DNA of 64,000 nt from Malacoraja senta. Taxonomy: Eukaryota. This document shows positions 52,332 through 64,000 of the stretch, piece after piece. Numbering within the stretch: the stretch's first letter is position 1; every line of letters starts with the position of its first letter. The position numbers and the translations under genes were made by a program. Where the stretch lies: assembly GCA_038087875.1 (NCBI GenBank), contig CM075999.1:2978001-3042000 (forward strand), in the 5' to 3' direction. The notes under the pieces are model-generated. The model worked only from the letters and a program-made list of their open reading frames with translations. It had not been told where the DNA came from and did no database searches.

Positions 52332-53945
52332 ATGTAATATCACTGGCTAACAGGTTATACCTGAGCTACGATGGGTCTTTATTTGCACCGATTCTCAGTT
52401 AGCATGTTGTAAAGAAAGCAGTGCTGGCTCGAAGGGCCGAATGGCCTACTCCTGCACCTATTGTCTATTGTCTATTGTGCTGCTACAGTTTGTTATTTTT
52501 GATCTGGTTGGTCTACATCCATCATCTCACTGGCCCACTGGACATGCTGCCATGTAAATGCGAGCAACTGCGTTTGGTAGTTTATCAAAGTAGATACAAA
52601 CTCACGTGGGTCAGGTAGCAGAAGTTGATAAGTGATTTGATTTGATTTTTTGATTTGATTCAATTTGTCAAATCAAATGAAAATTGCTGTTTCCCATACA
52701 GTCATACGAATATTTTTTTTTATAAAAACACAGAACACAGTAGCCCACAACACAAACATCCCCACAGCGGCACCAAAGTTCCCCACTGTGAGGGAAGGAA
52801 CCAAGGTCCAGTCAACCTCCTCGCTGATGTTCCCCAATGTTCACCAGTGGTCGTGGCCTCCCGAGCCCCCCGTAGTCGCCGCTACGGGCGGCCCGATGCT
52901 CAGGCCCTCTCGCCGGGAACGATGGGGCAACTCAGCAGGTCAGGCAGCATCTCTGGAGAGAAGGGATGGGTGCCGTTTCGGGTCGGGACCCTTCTTCAGA
53001 CTGAGAGTCGGGGGAGAGGGAAACGAGAGGTATGAAAAAGGTTCAGAACAAATCAGAGCCGGCACCGATCACCCAGGAACGGTGGAGCCCACAATGGTCC
53101 ATTGCTGGCTGTGGAAGAGGTGACAACGAAGGGATGTATGGATGCGAACAGTGGAACTGGCAGGATGATTAGAGTGGGGGAAGGACAGAGAGAGGGGGGA
53201 TGCAAGGGTTACTTGAAATTAGAGAAATCATGAGTCATACCACTGGGTTGAAAGCTGCCCAAGCGAGGTGCTGATCCTCGGAGAAAATGACTGTCAGAGG
53301 AGAGGGAACTAGAGGTATGAAAAGATACAGAACAAATCAGAGCCATCTCCCGACTCTCAGTCTGAAGAAGGGTCTCGACCCGAAACATCACCAATTCCTT
53401 CTCTCCAGAGATGCTGCCTGACCCGCTGAGTTACTCCAGCATTTTGTGTCTATCTTCAGTGTCAACCAGCATCTGCAGTTCCTTCCTACACATTATATTT
53501 TAACCGGGGACATATAATTATTGGTCTGTTGGGGCATCTGCTATCTTGTTATGTTTTGCAAATACAATTTGTTATTCTTACTTTTAACCTTTTGCTTTTT
53601 GCATATCTTACATTTATTTGTCCTAAGTTCCGTCTCCATCTCTCCCTGATTCCCAGACTGAAGAAGGGTCTTGACCCAAAACATCACCCATTCCTTCTGT
53701 CCCGCTGAATTACTCCAGCATTTGTGTGTCTATCTTAATTACTATCTACCTCGCTGGAGACCTTCGGACTATCCTTGATCGGACTTTGCTGGCTTTACCT
53801 TGCAGTGAACGTTATTCCCTTATCCTGTCTCTGTACACTGTGGACGGCTCGATTGTAATCATGTGTTGTCTTTCCGCTGACTGGTTAGCACGCAACAAAA
53901 GCTTTTCACTGTACCTCGGTACACGTGACAATAAACTAAACTTAC

Positions 53946-54278
53946 GGGCGGGCACGGTGGCGCAGCGGTAGAGTTGCTGCCTTACAGCGAATGCCGCGCC
54001 GGAGGCCCGGGTTCGATCCCGGCTACGGGTGCTGCCTGTACGGAGTTTGCACGTTCCCCCCGTGACCTGCGTGGGTTTTCTCCGAGATCTTCGGTTTCCT
54101 CCCACACTCCAAAGACGTGCAGGTTTGTAGGTTAATTGGCTTGGTGTAAATGTAAAAAGCAAAATTGTCCCTAGTGGGTGTGGGATGGTGTTAATGTGCG
54201 GGGATCGCTGGTCGGCGCGGACCCAGTGGGACGAAGGGCCTGTTTCCGCGCTGTATCTCTCTAAACTAAACTAAACTG
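53946..54278 (+). mobile_element. Full-length V-SINE
   Basis: Head, core, tail and (TAAAC)n. Confidence 0.85.
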
Positions 54279-57200
54279 AAGTGAAACAGGATACACCTCT
54301 CCCTCCAACAAGGGTTAAAAAAAACAGGAGGTTTGTACCATTTGTCTCTTTTTTGGGGATATTTGTCGAATTCGGGAATGAATTCACCAGCGTCAGTGAT
54401 TATGTTGAAAAAGACGGATGATGTGCAGGTTTGAGGTATAATTATCTGTGCATGTTTCAAACAAGACACCTTGAGGGATTTTTGCAACAGAGCTAGAATC
54501 ATAATTGGTTGCTAACTTTAGCACCAATTCACAGAGCAGCTTTTTCAGACTGACTGCGCGGAGTAAAGCACCAGCATGTCATTTTCAGATGGAATCAATT
54601 TGGGAGAATTCATGTAACAGTAATTGACCCTGAGAATGAAATATCATGATACCGAACCATCAGCCCCACTTTGTCTCTGCACTGAATACTTAATATAACA
54701 GCCCATGTCATTATGGGCAGCTTACAACCCAGCAGTATGAATATTGATTCCTCTAACTTCAAGTAACCCTTGCATCCCCTCTCTCTCAGTCTCTCCCCCA
54801 TCAATGTCGTTTTACCGACTCAAAGTCATCTTGTTGAGTCTCATTGTCTGTAACTCCTTTTCACCTAGCCCACAGCTAACATTGGCCTGTTTCCATTATC
54901 ATTGCTACATATCTTTCATTCATTTGTTCTATATCTCTCTCCATCATCGTCTATATCTCTCATTTCCATTTCCCCTTGATGCCCAGTCCGGAGAAGGGTC
55001 TCGACCCGAAACGTCACCCATTCCTTTTCTCTGGGCAAGAGACTCTGAGCGTCTACCCAATCTGCTCCTCTCATGATTTTGTACACCTCTATAAGATCAC
55101 CCCCTCATCCTCCTGCGCTCGAAGGAGTAGAGTCCCAGCCCGCTCAACCTCTCCCTGTAGCTCACGCCCTCGAGTCCTGGCAACATCCTCGTAAATCTTC
55201 TCTGCGCCCTTTCCAGCTTAACAACATCTTTCCAATAAGTTCAGTTCAGTTTATTGTCACGTGTACCAAGGTGCAGTGAAAAGCTTTTTGTTGCCTGCTA
55301 ACCAGTCAGCGGAAAGACAATACATGATTACAATCGAGCCGTCCACAGTGTACAGATACATGATGAGGGAATAATGTTTAGTGCAAGAGAATAATGCATT
55401 CTTTCCTATCACCCTACTTAGTACATCTGTGGTTGTTTGCGTTTACTGCTCGTTGCATATGTATCAATTCGAGTAGTGAAGACAAATTTCTAACCATCTC
55501 AAATTACCGTATTTAAAGGGATATTTTCTGAAATAAATCTATCTGATATACGTTTTAATGAATCAATGCTAATCACTTGCATTGTCTGCCTGTTCGATCT
55601 ATTTTATAGATTGCCCTTTCACTCAGCGAGTATCGTGACTGCTGATTGGTAATGAGATTTGCCCTGGCCTCACCGTTACTTCTGATAATTGACTCCATTA
55701 TTTACTTGGAATTAAATCAAGACTAACGGCTCTTTAATTGCCAGCGGGGAAAGGTGGGATTTACCCCGAGTTCCTTAAAAAAAAACTCTTCCGGAACAAA
55801 GACGGCACGGTGACGCAGCGGTAGAGTTGCTGCCTCACAGCGCCAGAGACCCGGGTTCGATCCTGACATCGGGCCGCTGTCTGTACGGAGTTTGTACCTT
55901 CTCCCTGTGGCGGTGGGTGTATGGAACGAGCTGCCAGAGGAGGTCATTGAGGCTGGGACTATCCCAACGTTTAAGAAACAGTTAGACAGTTACATGGATA
56001 GGACGGGTTTGGAGGGATGTGGACCAAACGCGGGTAGGTGGGACATGTTGGCCGGCGTGGTCAAGTTGGGCCGAAGGGCCTGTTTCCACACTGTATCATT
56101 CTATGACTCTATGACCTGCGTGGGTTTTCTCCAGGTGCTCTGGGTTCCTCCCACACTCCAAAGACGTTTGCAGGTTTGTAGGTTAATTGGCTTGGGTAAA
56201 TTGTCCCCATTGTGTAAGGTAGTGTTAGTGTTTGGGGTGATCACTGGTCGGCATGGACTCAGTGGGCCGAAGGGGCTGCATCCACGCTGGAGACACAAGA
56301 AACTGCAGGCATTGGTATCTTGTGCCGAACACAAAAGGAACGCGACGGGTCAGGCAGCATTTGTGGGGGGAGTAGACAGATGACGTTCATCGACTAATCG
56401 AAAAATATAGCATGAAAACAGGCCCTTCGGCCCACCGACAATTGAAGGAACTCGGGGTAAATCGCACCTTTCCCTGCTGATCTATCTCTCCCTCTCAACC
56501 CCATTCTCCTGCCATCTGCCTATCAAGAACCCCACTTGCCTGTATCCACCTGAAGAAGAGACTCGACCGGAAACGTCACCTATTCCTTGGCTCCATAGAT
56601 GGTTTCTCCAGCATTTCTGGCTGCCTGTATCCACCTATCACTCGGCAAGCTTCATTCTGCCCCTCCTCTCTTCCAGCTTTCACCCTCTCCCCTACAATCA
56701 GTATGAAGTAGCCTCCCGACCCGAAACATCACCTGTCCATGTTCTCTACAGATACAGCCCGACATTGCCGAGTTACTCCAGCACTTTGTGTCTTGTTCTG
56801 TAAACCAGCACCTGCAGTTCCTTGTTTCCACATTTTCCCACCCTAGGTCTTTCAGCTTCAGTATCTATAGTGGAAGGATGTGGAAACAAAGAACTGCAGA
56901 TGCTGGTTTATAATGAAGATAGACTCAAAGTGCTGGAGTAACTCAGCGGGTCGGGCAGCATCGCTGGAGAAAACGGAATAGGTGACGTTTCGGGTCGAGA
57001 CCCTTCTTCAGACTTCAGACCTCTCGTCCCGAAACGTCACCTAATCCTTTTTCTCCACAGATGCTGCCTTTAGTTACTCCAGCACTTTGTGTCTTGTTCT
57101 GTAAACCAGCGCTTGCAGTTCCTTGTTTCCACATTTTGCCATCATGGGCCCTTCAGCTTGAAGATCTATTGTGGATCGTAGACCCACAAAGGAAGGAACC

Positions 57201-58020
57201 GAGGATAGAGTAAACAGACAACAACTGTGGTTTATTTGTTAAAGAAGGAACTGCAGATGGTAGACAAAAGTGCTGGAGAAACTCAGCGGGTGCAGCAGCA
57301 TCTATGAGCGAAGAAATAGGCAACGTTTCGGGCCGAAACCCTTTGACAATAGACAATAGGTGCAGGAGTAGGCCATTCGGCCCTTCGAGCTAGCACCACC
57401 ATTCACTGTGATAATGGCTGATCATCCCCAATCAGTACCACTGCTTCCAAATTTGCATGAGGTTCACCAGGGGGTCTCTCATGGAGACCGCTACCTCACT
57501 CACCGTGTACGAAGGAACTGCAGATGCTGGCTGAAACCCAAGGTAGACACAAAAATGCTGGAGTAACTCAGCGGGACAGGCAGCATCTCTGGAGAGAAGG
57601 AATGGTCTGAAGAAGGGTCTTGACCCGATATGTCACCCATTCCTTCTCTCCAGAGATGCTGCCTGTCCCGCTGAGTTACTCCAGCATTTTGTGTTGATCT
57701 CACTCACTGTGGGGCCCAGAGTCTGGGGAGATGCTGTTTCATTGCCTTGTATCTGACTGCCACCTGCTGGAAATTATTTGCCACAGCAAGTGCCCGCAAG
57801 CTGCAGAACAAAGAACATAGACCAGTACAGCACAAGGACAGGCCCTTCGGCCACAATGTCTGTGCTGAACATGATGCCATAGGATAGACACAAAATGCTG
57901 GAGTTACACAGTGGGTCAGGCAGCATCTCATAGAGTCATAGGAGTGATACAGTGCGGAAACAGGCCCTTCGGCCCAACTTGCCCACACTGGCCAACATGT
58001 CCCAGCCTCACTAGTCCATT

Positions 58021-58114
58021 GAGAGAGATGGAGAGAGAGAGGAGGAAAGAAAGAGAGAGAGAGAGAGAGAGGGAGGAAGAAAGAGAGAGGAGAGAGAGAG
58101 GAGAGAGAGATGAG

Positions 58115-58167
<53 letters not shown>

Positions 58168-58308
58168 GAGAGGGAGGAGAGAGAGAGAGAGAGAGGGAGG
58201 AGGAGGGAGAGAGAGAGAGAGAGGAGAGAGAGGAGAGAGAGAGAGAGAGAGATGAGAGAGAGATGAGAAGAGAGTAGAGAAGGAGAGAGAGAGAGAGTGA
58301 GAGAGAGA
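58021..58308 (+). repeat. Imperfect (GA)n microsatellite
   Basis: Almost purely purine tract. Confidence 0.95.
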
Positions 58309-58329
58309 TGGATCAGTGGCAGAAGGAGA

Positions 58330-59845
58330 GAAGAGGATATTATTTGCCTGTTTATTGAGTGAGAAGAGGCATGTACGAGTTGGAGTGTAGGGGGCTTGCT
58401 CTACAAGACTCCGAATGGTATGGTATGAGGAGTGATGGAGGATATGATATGGGGAGGCTTATGAAATCATGTATCTGAATAATAAATGTGGCGTAATTGG
58501 GGACAAACGCACTGAGGCTCTTCACCCAGAGAAGAGGCGTCCGGCAAGGCTGCAATCTGAGCCCGACACTGTTTATTTATATATCAACGATTTGGCAATA
58601 AAGCTGACCAGAGCACTGCGCCGGGCCTCTGGCTCCTGGACGGAGAGGTAAAATCTCTGTTTTTATGCGGATGACTTGGTTCTGCTGGCCCCCACAGAAC
58701 AGGGACTGCAGCAACAGTTGGACCTACTTGATGAGTACTGCCAAAATTGGGCCCTGGCAGTAAATCTAAAGAAAACCAACATCATGATTTTTTCGGAAAA
58801 AAACAGATGTCAGGAGATAAATACAAATTTACTCTCAATGGTATTATTATTGAACACACTATGAGCTATACTTACCTTGGTCTAACTGTTGCAGCATCAG
58901 GGAGCTTCAATATGGCAGTGAATGCATTAAAAGAGAAAGCTCGAAGAGCTCTGTATGCAATAAAAATAAGATTCTATAACATCCAAATTCCAATTAAAAT
59001 CTGGCTTAAAATATTTGACAGTGTAATCCAGCCTATTGCGCTTTATGGTAGTGAAGTATGGGGGCCGCTCAGTCATCATAGTTATAGTAAATGGGAAAAA
59101 ACATACAACGGAGGCCCTACATGCGGAATTTTGTCAGAACATCCTCCGCATCCAAAGGAAAACACCAACAAACGCATGTAGGGCAGAATTAGGCAGATAC
59201 CCACTGATAATAAATATCCAGAAAAGAGGCACTAATTTTTGGAATCACCTTAAATCTAGCCCACAGATACCCTCCAGTTTAAAGCCCTTAAAACACAAGA
59301 GGGGGGCCAGAAAAGAGTTCCCTGTGTCAGTTGGTACGGAGACTAACTACCCCCATTCAGTTAAACCCTATCCAGTTAAATCCTGACCAGCCTCATATCA
59401 ATACTGATCCCCAATCACCAGTTAGAGTGAACCAAATTATCAAACAATGTAAAGAAACATATTTGAACATTGGGATAAAGAAACCAAAAGCCAAAGCAGA
59501 TTAGAATGTTACCATGCCCTAAAAAGAGATATAAATTGGCAGACTATCTCTCAACTGTTAGAGACATAAAACAAAGGCAGGCCCTCACCAAATACAGGCT
59601 AAGTGACCACTATTTGGCAGTTTGAAAAAGGAAGACAGAAGAGATTCTGGCAACCAAGAGAAAACAGAATATGCGGCCACTGTTTGACAGATGAGGTTGA
59701 AACAGAGGTGCACTTCCTCCTAAAATACAAAAAATTTGACAAAACAAGGAAAACATACTTTGACAAACCTAGTCTGGCAAACCCCTGATTTTAAGGAACT
59801 AGATGATACATCAAAACTAAGATAATCCTTGGTGAAGGAAATACG
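58330..59845 (+). mobile_element. Frameshifted non-LTR retrotransposon RT plus C-terminus, RTE-X-like
   Basis: GVRQGCNLSPTL...YINDL, YADD at 58664-58675, YTYLG, PIALYGSEVWG, AELGRYPL and C-terminal RICGHC...EVHFLL. Confidence 0.75.
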
Positions 59846-60499
59846 GCAACTCAGAGGAACAGTATCTGTGGGAAGGAACTGCAGATCCTGGTTTACACTG
59901 ACCATGGACACAATGTGCTGGAGTAACTCAGTGGTTAAGCACATGTCTGGAGGATAAAGGAATAGGTGACATGAGTTTCAATGAGGACTCCCCTCCATTT
60001 ATAAAATGGAGACTCATTCGATTAAATATATCTAAATCTTTCCATGCAAACTGGGTTCAAGCAAGGAATTCAAAGCATTGGTATAAGTACAGGGCGGCAC
60101 GGTGGCGCAGCGGTAGAGCTGCTGCCTCACAGCGGCAGAGACCCGGGTTCGATCCTAACTACGGGTGCTGTCTGTACGGAGTTTGCACGTTCTCCCCGTG
60201 ACCACGTGGGTTTTCTCGGGAGCACCGGTTACCTCCCACACTCCAAAGACGTGTAGGTTTGTAGGTTAATTGCTTTGGGCATCATTGTAAATTGTCCCTA
60301 CAGTTTCAGTTTAGTTTATTGTCACGTGTACCGAGGTACGGTGAAAAGCTTCTGTTGCGTGCTAACCAGTCAGCGGAAAGACAATACATGATTACAACCG
60401 AGCCACTTGTACTGATAAGGGAATATCGTTTAATGCAAGTTAAAGCCAGCAAAGTCCAATCAAGGATAGTCCGAGGGTCACTAATGAGGTAGAGAGTAA

Positions 60500-60677
60500 A
60501 GGGCCTGTCCCATTTATGCGATTTTTTCGGCAACTTGCCGGCACCCGTCATCGTCGCAGCGGGTGGCTGAAAATTTTCAACATGTTGAAAATCCAGCGGC
60601 GACCAGAAAAAGGTACGCCTCTTTGGGCGACTACTCACAACCATACAGGCTTCACCCCGCGTAGTCGGACAGGCCCT
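60500..60677. mobile_element. Harbinger-type MITE (diverged), nested in a Rex1 tail inside a V-SINE (60092-60783)
   Basis: AGGGCCTGTCC...GGACAGGCCCT termini. Confidence 0.6.
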
Positions 60678-62156
60678 TTGGTTTGTAGGACAGTGTTCGT
60701 CCACGGGGTGATTCGCTGGTCGGTGCGGACGCAGTGGGCCGAGGGGCCTGTTTCCACGCTGTATCTCTGAACTAAACTAAACATTTGTGAATAGTGTACC
60801 TTGTTGAAAAGACATGAATCACACTCCTCACTGGGAGAGCAGAGATCAGGGAGCTAATGTCAATGGTCGCTATGCAAATGTATTTATGTTTTATGCGTTG
60901 GCATGTGTTGCAGTCATAACTCTGTAGTTAATACTTCCAAAAATAGATTTGTGTCAGGCCAACAATTTGGGATTCCAACACGACCCTGAGATTAAAACAA
61001 GACCATTAACGCGACCAGCAATTTAGAATTAATTCTTGACAGCTAATGATGCGTCAATTTGAAATGGAAATGAAAAAGTGTGATTTCAACGCCAGTAACG
61101 ATTATTGCTGTGACTAAATATGGAACCAATTAAACTCAGGTTTAAGAAGTTAATCACTTTGCAAAATGGCTCATACAAACAAATGAAAGCAGCTAAACGC
61201 AGTTGAAAGCGAGCAAAGCACTAAAACATCACGTTACACTGCCAGCTTTAGCATTAAATGACTCAATGAAAATAAGTCATAAAGAAATCCCAGGCCAAGT
61301 GGTGAAATTAAAAAAAGCTGACCAAATATATGATCAAATATTAAGGGCAGTAGAGCTGCTCGCTGCATTAGGTCATAAGTGATAGGAGCAGAATTAGGCC
61401 ATTCGGCCCATCAAGTCTACTCCGCCATTCTATCATGGCTGAGCTATCTCTCCCTCCTAACCCCATTCTCCTGCCTTGGAGTCATAGTCATAGAGTGATA
61501 CAGCGTGGAAACAGGCCCTTCGGCCCAACTTGCCCACACCAGCCAACATGTCCCAGCTACACTAGTCCCACCTGTCTGCATTTGGCCCATATCCCTCCAA
61601 ACCTGTCCTATCCATGTACCTGTCCAAGTGTTGTGATAGTCCCTGCCTCAACTACCTCCTCCGGCAGCTCATTCCATACACCCACCACCCTCTGTGTGGA
61701 AAAGTTGCCCCTCAGATTCCTATTCAATTATTCCCCACCGCCAGCTCTCTAACCTTAAACCCATGTCCTCGATTCCCCTACTCTGGGCAAGAGGCTCTGT
61801 GCATCTACCCGATCTATTCCTCTCATGATTTTATACGTCTCTATAAGATCACCACTTCTCCCCATAACCCCTGACACCCACACAGCCATACCTTAACCTC
61901 TCTGCAAACCATTCACTGCAAGGTTGATCAATTTGAATGTAGCCTCCAAATGACAGCACCACGAACAAGAGGACACTCCCAAATCAAGTACTTGGGGCCT
62001 GGAGGCAATTTTATTTTCTGACACTAATCCAAGCTGGCATGTTAGCACAAAGAAATATTATTAGCTTAAGAATCATTATATTGCTGATGCAACTGCCTTG
62101 CTTTGAACAAACACATATGGAAATATTTCATATTCAGGGCAATCTGTTGGCCATTT

Positions 62157-62467
62157 GGCACGGTGGCCCAGCGGTAGAGTTGCTGCCTCACAGCGCCTGA
62201 GACCCAGGTTTGATCCTGACTAGGGTGCTGTCTGTACGGAGTTTGTACGTTCTCCCCGTGAGCTGCGTGGGTTTTCTCCGGGTGCTCCGGTTTCCTCCCG
62301 CACTCCAAAGACGTGCAGGTTTGTAGGTTAATAGGCTTTGGTAAAAATTGTAAATTTCCCCCAGTGTGTGCAGGATAGTGCTAGGGTGCGGGGTGATCGC
62401 CGGTCAGCGTGGACTCGGTGGGCCGAACGGCCTGTTCTCCACGCTGTATCTCTGACCTAAACTAACC
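62157..62467 (+). mobile_element. V-SINE
   Basis: Head, core and tail. Confidence 0.85.
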
Positions 62468-63379
62468 CCCCAAAAAAGCACGCTGTTATTCTTACGTTTG
62501 CATAATCTGCTTTCAAGGGCATGGTTAAGATCGTTACAAGGTGCAGGTGAGCAGAGCTCATTCTCAACAGATCTCCAGGGATCAACATGACAAGCATCAT
62601 GAGGCCCTTTGATGATTGCTGGCGGAGCTCTCTAGCAGAATGACCTTCGTCCCATTACGACAATGTCATCTTTGTACAAGAGGCTTAACCGGTTTTGAAG
62701 AGCAGAATTTATTTCCTTAAGTCTGCTGCTTTCTCTGAGTTTTGATCACAAAGACAGATGATGAACACCGATGGAAAGGTTTATTGTCACGTGTACCGAG
62801 GTGCAGTGAGAAGTTTTTGTTGCGTGCTATCCAGTCAGCGGAAAGACAACACATGATACAACCGAGCCGTCCAAAGTGTACAGATACGTGTAAAAGGAAT
62901 GACGTTCAATGCAAGCTAACGTCCAGTAAAGTCTAATTAAAGATAGTCCGAGAGTCTCCGGACAGGGGATTTCATGGTGGCGCAGCGGTAGAGTTGCTGC
63001 CTTACAGCGCTTGCAGCACCAGAGACCCGGGTTCGATCCAACTGCGGGTGCTTGTCCGTAAGGAGTTTGTACGTTCTCACCTCCGTGACCTGCGTGGGTT
63101 TCCTCCGAGATCTTCTGTTTCCTCCCACACTCCAAAGACGTGCAGGTTTGTAGTTAATTGGCTTGATAAAAAAATTTTTTTTTAAATTGTCCAGTATAAA
63201 ACTGTCCAAGTTCCAGAGCTGAGCGATGCCCTACCTTTTCAGCGTACTACATCCAGATCCAGATCCGGTGAGGTAGATAGTAACTCAGGACCGCTCTCTA
63301 GTTTATAGTTTAATAATACAGCAAGGAACCAGGCCCTTCGGCCCACCGAGTCCGCACCGACCAGCGATCCCTGCACATT

Positions 63380-63642
63380 ATTGTGGAACAGCATCCCTCT
63401 TCCCATCATAACTGCCCCTCCATCGATTCCTTTAAGTCGAGACTTAAAACTCACCTTTACTCTCAAGCCTTCTTGACGTCCTCTGAGCGAGGGCTATATG
63501 TATGTATTTATGTATGTACTTAATCCATGAACCACTGTTGTATGACGTTAGTACCTCACCAATGTAAAGCACTTTGGTCAACGAGAGTTGTTTTTTAAAT
63601 GTGCTGTAGAAATAAAAGTGACTTGACTTGACTTGACTTGAC
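63380..63642 (+). mobile_element. L2-type LINE 3' end nested in a minus-strand V-SINE (63320-63868)
   Basis: LWNSIP...DSFKSRLKTHL motif; AATAAA then (GACTT)n tail. Confidence 0.7.
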
Positions 63643-64000
63643 TATCACTAACACACACTAGGAACAATTTGCAATTATACCAAAGCCAATTAACCTACCA
63701 ACCTGTTCATTTTTGGAGTGTGGGTGGAAACCGGAGCACCCGGAGAAAACCCACGCAGGTCTCAGGGAGAACGTACAAACTCCATACAGACAGCGCCCTA
63801 GTCAGGATCAAACCTGGTCTCAGGCGCTGTGAGGCAGCAACTCTACTGCTGGGCCACCGTGCCGCCCTAACACTAGAACATTAACATAGACACTAAGTGC
63901 TGGAGTAACTCAGCGGGTCAGGAAACATCTCTGGAGAAAATGGATGGGTGACGTTTCAGGTCGGGACCCTTCTTCAGACTCCCTCCAGGTCATTTCTCCA

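Noticed and set aside
53946..54030. tRNA-like sequences with A and B boxes (about 20 in the window)
   Set aside because: All run directly into the V-SINE core; they are SINE heads, not tRNA genes.
57911..58255. Arg-Glu-rich ORF
   Set aside because: Translation of the (GA)n tract.

Overview
Vertebrate genomic DNA, very probably a cartilaginous fish (skate/ray), judged from its V-SINE (HE1-like), CR1 (HER1-like), Rex1/Babar and Penelope repeat set. The only host protein-coding gene is a two-exon CITED-family gene (best match CITED4/CITED3) on the minus strand at ~120-2330. Its CDS (1880->1189) carries an apparent 1-bp frameshift at ~1640 and a 40-nt G homopolymer. The other ~61 kb is gene-free upstream DNA: densely nested retroelements, Harbinger-type MITEs, long microsatellites, two 200-N gaps and a few repeat-free blocks that may be enhancers. 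The most notable finding is a ~137-nt non-autonomous retroelement (18899-19271, minus) whose first 54 nt fold as a minimal HDV/CPEB3-like self-cleaving ribozyme, with the predicted cleavage site exactly at the insertion boundary. Penelope pLTR fragments throughout the window also carry minimal hammerhead motifs and often insert as fold-backs with 10-16 bp TSDs. All calls were made by eye; repeat boundaries are approximate.
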